From: Gaiellales bacterium
Lineage (GTDB): Bacteria > Actinomycetota > Thermoleophilia > Gaiellales > Gaiellaceae
Reading direction: 5' to 3'
Assembly (NCBI GenBank): GCA_038216085.1
Contig: JBBQQI010000002.1
Coordinates: 374 to 64,373 of the forward strand
DNA length: 64,000 bases
Numbering within the stretch: the stretch's first letter is position 1; each line of letters opens with the position of its first letter. Shown in pieces: positions 58,710 to 64,000 of this stretch. The notes under the pieces are model-generated. The model saw only the letters and a program-made list of their open reading frames with translations, was not told the origin of the DNA and did no database searches. The position numbers and the translations under genes were made by a program.

Positions 58710-61700
58710 TTGTCAATGACGCCGCGCGGGAGGAGAATCGGTCGCATGCGGGGCTGGCTCAAAAGTCAGGTGCGCTGGCGGACAGCCGTGGTGGCGCTCG
58801 CCGTAGGCCTCTTCGCCTACGGCGGCGTCACCTCGATGGACACCACGTTGCGCGCGCTCCACGCGCCCAACCGGCCGGCGTACGGAATCTCGTCGCTCGC
58901 ACCGGTCACGTTCCACCCGAAGCAGGACGCGGCAGGGCAGGTCGTCCAGGTCTGGCGCCAGGCCGACGCCGACTGGAAGAGCTCGCGTCCTCACACACCG
59001 CTGTCTGTGAACGGCGTTCTGGCCGTCTACCTGGGTTTCGACCTGCTCCTGATCCTCGCCTACGGCATCGGGCTCACGATTGTGGCAGCGAAGCTCGCTG
59101 ATCGGATCGAGAAGCTCGGCGCGGCTGTCGAAGCGACGCCGCGCCGCCAGACCGAGATCAAGCTCGCAGTCGACAGCCTGCGGATTGCGACCTGGCTCAT
59201 CGTGGCCGCCGCGATCGCTGACGTGATCGAGAATCTCGGTTACGCGGTGCTCGGAAGGACGACCGCCGACGACTGGTCGCCGCACGGCGGCCCCGTGCTT
59301 CACGCGGTCTTCTGGTTCACGTACGCCGCGTCGTGGTCGAGGTTCGCGCTCCTGATTGTCGCGCTCGTCGCAATCCTGGTCGGGCTGCTCTGGAAGGTGA
59401 GCCTCGACCCCGCGGTGACGTTCGGCGCGGGCTGGCAGACGATCATCGTGCTGCGGGCGCCGATCGCTCTACTCGGTGCCTGGACGTTCCTCCTCTTCGG
59501 GCCGATCACCGCCGACCAAGGCGCGGACTCGATGCTCCGCTGGCAGACCGATTGGTGGGAGCTGCTCGTCACTGTTCTGCTCGCGTTCCTCTTCGGTGCG
59601 GCGTTGTGGCTCGTCTCCCGCAAGCTGCTGCTGACGACGGTCGGAAGCCAGCCAAGCACCAGCATCACGATCGGCGCCGCCGCTGTTGGCGCTGTGCTGA
59701 TCGCTGTGGGCGCGGCGATCGCCCTCCTTGGTTGGCACTGGGCGAGCGTCGGCACCGCGTTCGGGCTCGGTGCCGCCTGTCTCGCGCTCGCGGGGCTCAA
59801 CCGCTTCGCGACGCCGCTCGATGCCGAGCCGCGGCCGGCGCAGGACACCACCAGCGCGTGGGCCTACGTGCTCTTCGGCGCACCGCTCGTGCTGCTCGGC
59901 CTCGCCCTGCAGAGGCCGTCGCTCGTCGAGTGGCTCTACGCCGAGCATGCGTCGTACTTCGTCCTCGTTGGCGCCGCCGTACTCGCCCAGGTTGTCGGTT
60001 GGATCGTGATGGCAGTCGGTTACGGCCTCCGCGCGAACAGTTGGACGGCGCGGGGATCGGCTGCGCTCTGGGTGCTCCTGCCAGGAGCGCTCGTCGGCTT
60101 CACGCTCGCGGTCTGGCTCGCGCCGCTCTCGTTTCCGCCGCTCCTCGGCCCGGTCGGCGTTGCCCTTGCGTTCCTGCTCACGGCCTCCGCCGTCGGGTTT
60201 GGGCTCTCGTGGCTCGCCGAGCGCTACCCGCCGCCGCCTGCGTTCGCGCTTCTGCATCTGCGCCGCACGCCCGTATTCGCGCTGCTCATGGTGTGGGCGA
60301 TCATCGCCGGCTCAACGCAGAGCGGAACGTACTTCGACGTGCGCACGCTTCCCGGTGCGCCCGCCACGCAGAGCGTCGACCAGACGTTCCAGAGCTGGGT
60401 GGCTCGACTGCATTTCGACGCGGCGACGCATCAGAGCGGCCTGGCGCGCGGGCTGAAGCCCGCCGTGCCGTTGGTGTTCGTCTCGACCGCCGGCGGCGGC
60501 ATCCGCGCGTCCTACTGGACCGCACTCGCGTTGCAGTGCATGTTTGAGTCCGCGAACGACGCCACGTGCGGCGCGCCGGCGCCCAAGGTCGACGCGCGGC
60601 GGTCGTTCTTCGCCGCGAGCGGCGTCTCCGGCGGCAGCGTGGGTCTTGCCGACTACGTCGCGCACGTCGTGTCCGGCGAGCACCGTGTCGACTGGCCGGC
60701 CGTGCACGCAGGCGACGACGAGGCGTCATCGATGCTCGCCTGGCTCTTCTTCGCAGATCTGCCCTCGGCGCTCGTCTCACGCACCGGTGGTTCCGACCGC
60801 GCGGAAATGCTCGAGCGTACGTGGGAGAGGTCGTGGAAGAACGGCGCGCTCGCTCGCCCGCTCGGCACGGCTGACGCGATCACGAAGGACGGCCCGCCGG
60901 TGCCGCTGCTCCTGCTGAACGGCACGCGCGTCCAAGACGGTTGCCGCCTGATCTCTTCGAATCTCGAAACGTCGGCGGTTGCCGGCCTGCCGGACACGAC
61001 GAACCTCGTGAGCGACTGCCTGACGATCCGGCCGTTCCGTGACCGCGGCGCGCAGCCAGGATGGACGTTCGGCGCGAGCGAGGACCTGCACGCGCTGCTC
61101 TGCGACTCCGACGTGCGACTGTCCACGGCAGCGCTCCTCTCCGCGCGCTTCCCGTGGGCGTCCCCGTCGGGGCGTGTCGCGCCCTGCGACGCTCGCAAGG
61201 GCATGCTCACGCCGGCGAACGTCGTCGACGGCGGCTACTTCGACACGTCGGCGGCGGGAACGATCGCCGAGCTGTGGGACGCATTGCAGCCGGCGGTGCA
61301 GCAATTCAATGCGCAGCGGAGTTACTGCTTGGTACCGCTGCTCGTCGAGCTCGACAACCACTACGCCGGCTACCCGGCGCCGCTCGCGAAGCGTCCCTGG
61401 GAGACGAATGTCCCGATCTCGACTGTCAAGGCGGCTCGCGACGCACGCGAGGCCGACTCGCGCCAGGCCGCGGCGCTCGCCTTCAGCGGCACGCTGCCCG
61501 GCGGGCGCGACGTCGTGTGGCGCAGCAACGGCGTCGAGCATGTGCACAAGGCGAACGACCCCGTCACGCGGCTCTCCGAGCTCCGCCCGGCCGCGCATCC
61601 CGGCACCGAGGCGCCACTTGGCTGGGACCTCTCGAAGGCGTCGATCGCCGACCTGACCGACGAGATGACGCTGCCCTCGCCGGCGAACAACCCGGCGCAG

Positions 61701-61754
61701 CTCGGTCTGATCCAGGACTGGCTGCGCCCGAACGCGTTGGCCTGCGCGAAGTGA
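58710..61754 (+). CDS. polytopic membrane domain (~520 aa) fused to a patatin-like phospholipase domain
   Basis: About 10-12 predicted TM helices in the N-terminal half. The C-terminal half has the oxyanion motif STAGGGIRAS, the nucleophile elbow GVSGGS (GxSxG) and the dyad Asp in VVDGGYFDTS. Start is TTG 58710 or ATG 58716. Confidence 0.8.
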   Translation: MSMTPRGRRIGRMRGWLKSQVRWRTAVVALAVGLFAYGGVTSMDTTLRALHAPNRPAYGISSLAPVTFHPKQDAAGQVVQVWRQADADWKSSRPHTPLSVNGVLAVYLGFDLLLILAYGIGLTIVAAKLADRIEKLGAAVEATPRRQTEIKLAVDSLRIATWLIVAAAIADVIENLGYAVLGRTTADDWSPHGGPVLHAVFWFTYAASWSRFALLIVALVAILVGLLWKVSLDPAVTFGAGWQTIIVLRAPIALLGAWTFLLFGPITADQGADSMLRWQTDWWELLVTVLLAFLFGAALWLVSRKLLLTTVGSQPSTSITIGAAAVGAVLIAVGAAIALLGWHWASVGTAFGLGAACLALAGLNRFATPLDAEPRPAQDTTSAWAYVLFGAPLVLLGLALQRPSLVEWLYAEHASYFVLVGAAVLAQVVGWIVMAVGYGLRANSWTARGSAALWVLLPGALVGFTLAVWLAPLSFPPLLGPVGVALAFLLTASAVGFGLSWLAERYPPPPAFALLHLRRTPVFALLMVWAIIAGSTQSGTYFDVRTLPGAPATQSVDQTFQSWVARLHFDAATHQSGLARGLKPAVPLVFVSTAGGGIRASYWTALALQCMFESANDATCGAPAPKVDARRSFFAASGVSGGSVGLADYVAHVVSGEHRVDWPAVHAGDDEASSMLAWLFFADLPSALVSRTGGSDRAEMLERTWERSWKNGALARPLGTADAITKDGPPVPLLLLNGTRVQDGCRLISSNLETSAVAGLPDTTNLVSDCLTIRPFRDRGAQPGWTFGASEDLHALLCDSDVRLSTAALLSARFPWASPSGRVAPCDARKGMLTPANVVDGGYFDTSAAGTIAELWDALQPAVQQFNAQRSYCLVPLLVELDNHYAGYPAPLAKRPWETNVPISTVKAARDAREADSRQAAALAFSGTLPGGRDVVWRSNGVEHVHKANDPVTRLSELRPAAHPGTEAPLGWDLSKASIADLTDEMTLPSPANNPAQLGLIQDWLRPNALACAK

Positions 61755-61759
61755 CCGAA

Positions 61760-61835
61760 TGGGCCGGGTAGGGCTCGAACCTACGACCTTGGGATGAAAG
61801 AGTCCGGCTGCTCTAACCCTCAGAGACGTATTCCA
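61760..61835 (-). other. tRNA-derived fragment / pseudo-tRNA (intact T-arm and 3' acceptor strand only)
   Basis: The minus strand reads ...gagggttagagcagccgg...aggtc-gtagg-ttcgagc-cctac-ccggccc-a. The T-arm, variable loop and a D-arm-like stretch are recognisable. No complementary 5' acceptor strand (gggccgg) and no 5-bp anticodon stem can be formed. Confidence 0.45.
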
Positions 61836-61890
61836 AGCGGGGAAGACTCGTCTACGGTTTCATTGTCCAACCACATCGAAGGAGGACTCC

Positions 61891-62187
61891 ATGTCGGTCA
61901 AGTTTGGTCTGCTCGCTCTCCTGGAAGCCAAGCCCGATAAGGGCGACGACCTCGGTCGGTTCCTCGAGAGCGGTCGCGCGCTCGCGGTCGCGGAAGAGGG
62001 GACCGTGACCTGGTACGCGTTCAAGCTCAGCGACACGACGTATGGGATCTTCGATACGTTCGAGACCGAGGCTGCGCGCCAGGCACATCTGAACGGAGAG
62101 ATCCCGAAGGCGCTCGGCGAGGTCGGTCCCGACCTACTCGCCAAGGACCCCGACATTCGCCCGCTTGGCATCGTCGCGAGCAAGTAG
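61891..62187 (+). CDS. antibiotic-biosynthesis-monooxygenase (ABM/YgiN-like) domain protein
   Basis: 98 aa with a ferredoxin-like ABM pattern (GTVTWYAFKLSDTTYGIFDTFETEAARQAHLNG). SD GAAGGAGGA. GC is lower than the window average. Confidence 0.7.
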   Translation: MSVKFGLLALLEAKPDKGDDLGRFLESGRALAVAEEGTVTWYAFKLSDTTYGIFDTFETEAARQAHLNGEIPKALGEVGPDLLAKDPDIRPLGIVASK

Positions 62188-62638
62188 ACAGAGCGAGGGC
62201 TCGGACAGTGTGGACGTGAGTGGGCACCGTTCGATTCCTCGGCCATGAGCAGGGGCGAAGAGCGTGCGCCCGACGCGCTGTGTGCAGCGGGCTTGCCATC
62301 CGCTGCTGGCGTCTGACGCGCTGGTCGGCCTCAGCGTCGCCGACTTCCTGGACAGGGGGCATGTACGCCCGTCGCGGATCTCGCCGAAGCGCTGCAGTGG
62401 CCGAAGGGAAGTTGTTTGTCGTCCGATCGAAAACAAGAAGAGGCTCTTGTGCAGCCTCGTCTTTCAGTGGAGGGAACTTGGCGTTGCGCAAACCACGTCG
62501 TTGCGGGTATTCCGCTGAGCCTTCAATGAGGTGGGCGGTCCGCACGAATCTCTTTCCGACGCGAAACCCTATGCAAGACTCCGAGCGCGGCGCACAATGC
62601 AAACGCAGGTGCCTCTTGATTTCGGATGCTGTTGCCTC

Positions 62639-62667
62639 TTGACACTTCCCACAGGCTGTCTTAGGTT
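62639..62667 (+). promoter_or_regulatory. putative sigma-70-type promoter
   Basis: TTGACA (62639-62644), an exact 17-nt spacer and TAGGTT (62662-62667). It lies about 70 nt upstream of the 62737 CDS. Confidence 0.35.
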
Positions 62668-62736
62668 CAGATCTGTCGGAATCCAAGAGGCTCTGCCTTT
62701 TGCGGCAGGCACGGTCTCCTGTCAAAGGGAGGCTAG

Positions 62737-63561
62737 ATGTTCATTCAGTTCCTTTCCGCGTGCGTAGCCACCACACGGATGTGCGCCGGCCGGATAGCGC
62801 GTCCGGGATTTGTAGTGACCACAACCGTCGCCGCTATGGCAGCCAGCGTTATCGCTGTCGGCCCGGCGGTCGGGACGGCACGCGCGGCAACTTGCCCAGA
62901 GGACGGCATCTTCTGGTCGATGCTCAGCGGTGGCACTCGAGTGCTTGCGTTCGGCTCGCGCCAGCAGATCACGCTCAGCAGCCAGACGTTGAAATGCGTA
63001 ACTGCAGCCGATGGCCAAGCCGGGACGGGTCAGACCTCAAGGATCCTCCTCGGAGGTCAAGCGAACAACTGGGTCGAGGTCGGCGCGCTCACGCAGTACT
63101 GCCCCTCAGGCTCTCAATGCAACCGCGCGTTCTTCGAGTACGCCGTCGTCGGCACCTACAACTACCAGCAGCGCTACGCGTTCAGCTGCCTCAACCCTGG
63201 CACACGTCACACCTGGAGCATCGAGCGAAAACAGCTTGGAGGCACATGGGCTGGATACCTCTCCTGCTACACCTCGCAGCCCTTCGTGCAGGTTGATAGC
63301 ACGACACCCAACCTCGGCTACAACACAGGCTTCGCCGAAGGCGAAGGCTTCGAACGCGGCTTTAGCAATACCTATTGGGGAGACGAGGCGCCGATGGCGG
63401 AGACGCATTCGGTGATGCAGTACCAAAATGCCTACCAGGGCGCTTGGCTCGCCTCCGGCGACCTCTCCTGCCGGCTCGACGACTCTCTTCGCTGGGACGG
63501 CTCCTGGCTTGCATCGGACTCGTTCCAGATCGTCGAAAACCATCGCGGAACCGGCTGCTAG
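62737..63561 (+). CDS. orphan secreted Cys-rich protein
   Basis: SD AAGGGAGG. It has an N-terminal hydrophobic signal (...TTTVAAMAASVIAVGPAVGTARAA) and 9 Cys after the predicted signal-peptide cleavage site. I recognise no family, and GC is reduced. Confidence 0.6.
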   Translation: MFIQFLSACVATTRMCAGRIARPGFVVTTTVAAMAASVIAVGPAVGTARAATCPEDGIFWSMLSGGTRVLAFGSRQQITLSSQTLKCVTAADGQAGTGQTSRILLGGQANNWVEVGALTQYCPSGSQCNRAFFEYAVVGTYNYQQRYAFSCLNPGTRHTWSIERKQLGGTWAGYLSCYTSQPFVQVDSTTPNLGYNTGFAEGEGFERGFSNTYWGDEAPMAETHSVMQYQNAYQGAWLASGDLSCRLDDSLRWDGSWLASDSFQIVENHRGTGC

Positions 63562-63592
63562 TCGGGCCTCAGAACCGGAAGGAGCACTCAAC

Positions 63593-64000
63593 ATGTTCGA
63601 CGCACACAATAAGAAGCCCACCCGCGTGGTATCCGTGCTCGTTGTGTTCGTGGCCGTGGGTTACGCCTTGTACGCCGGCCTCGCAACCGATGCGCGCTCG
63701 ACGGGAGTAGCGGCAAACGCGCCTTCACGAACCCTACGCGGCCCGGGCGGGATCTCCGAGATGCCGTTCACCGACGCTCGCGTCGTTGCAAGTGTCGACA
63801 AGGCAAGGCCGGAGCTTCCATTCCGGCCGAGCGCACCCTTCTCGCTGGGCACGCCCGAAGCCGTCTACGTCCACGAGGACTACCGACCGCAGGCCCTCGG
63901 CCTGATCTACCGGAGCGCTTCGCTCGGACACTTCATCGTGACTCAGGAGCCGGTTGCAATGCCGCACAACGAGCAGGTAGCGGGCCTACAGCAGCTTGCC
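63593..64000 (+). CDS. hypothetical membrane-anchored protein (5' partial, runs off the window)
   Basis: Hand-translated from ATG 63593, preceded by GGAAGGAG (MFDAHNKKPTRVVSVLVVFVAVGYALYAGL...). The frame is open to 64000. It is absent from the ORF track because there is no stop. Confidence 0.5.
   Translation, partial: MFDAHNKKPTRVVSVLVVFVAVGYALYAGLATDARSTGVAANAPSRTLRGPGGISEMPFTDARVVASVDKARPELPFRPSAPFSLGTPEAVYVHEDYRPQALGLIYRSASLGHFIVTQEPVAMPHNEQVAGLQQLA

Noticed and set aside
61760-61835. Calling this a functional tRNA gene (the anticodon-loop-like ctttcat would suggest Glu-TTC).
   Set aside because: No 7-bp acceptor stem can be formed, because the 5' strand gggccgg is absent. Testing every register for a 5-bp stem flanking a 7-nt loop in the anticodon region gave no solution. 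It is kept only as a tRNA-derived fragment.
62027-62725. 232-aa minus-strand ORF (and 62134..62436, 62220..62642) in the low-GC non-coding stretch.
   Set aside because: It runs antisense through the well-supported ABM gene. It is rich in R/S/C with no recognisable motifs and no SD. At most it is a decayed remnant.

Overview
This is a high-GC (about 70% by eye) actinobacterial-type chromosomal segment, densely packed with amino-acid and nitrogen metabolism genes. I could not run any searches, so all functional calls rest on motifs I recognise in the translated ORFs.

Gene content, left to right:
- proC, an arsR-arsM-arsC module, SUI1, HU and gltBD.
- A roughly 10-kb translationally coupled BCAA/threonine supraoperon: leader peptide, short leuA, degenerate IMDH paralog, ilvBNC, hom, thrC, thrB, ilvD.
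- A second cluster: thrC-like, leuB, small ORF, pheA, leuCD.
- ppc, a second thrC-like gene, PII-amtB, a MoaD/ThiS-like GG protein, a PdtaR-like receiver without ANTAR, an argB-like kinase, a cobA remnant and aspartokinase.
- A carbon/redox/stress block: ackA, frameshifted phosphoketolase, flavodoxin, ACT-malic enzyme, a DosRS-like two-component pair, USP, a Pat-like GNAT/acyl-CoA synthetase and ADH.
- A minus-strand block: degenerate HAD, redoxin, CPA2 antiporter and GH15.
- A 1014-aa polytopic membrane/patatin fusion, a tRNA-derived fragment, and a lower-GC island-like tail with orphan secreted proteins.

Most noteworthy non-coding signals:
1. A recurrent AT-rich 17-bp palindrome, GCTTYA-N5-TRAAGC, sits at eight intergenic positions in front of nitrogen and amino-acid genes.
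2. A Leu/Val/Ile-rich leader peptide lies upstream of the BCAA operon.
3. A very strong intrinsic terminator lies inside the leader of PII-amtB, which suggests an attenuator.
4. A roughly 165-bp element between thrC-like 2 and ppc is bounded by a perfect 18-bp inverted repeat.

Several proteins look like decayed or remodelled paralogs: the LeuA regulatory domain is missing, the IMDH and HAD catalytic motifs are lost, ANTAR is lost, xfp is frameshifted, and a cobA fragment remains. Many long antisense ORFs in the track are high-GC artefacts and were rejected.
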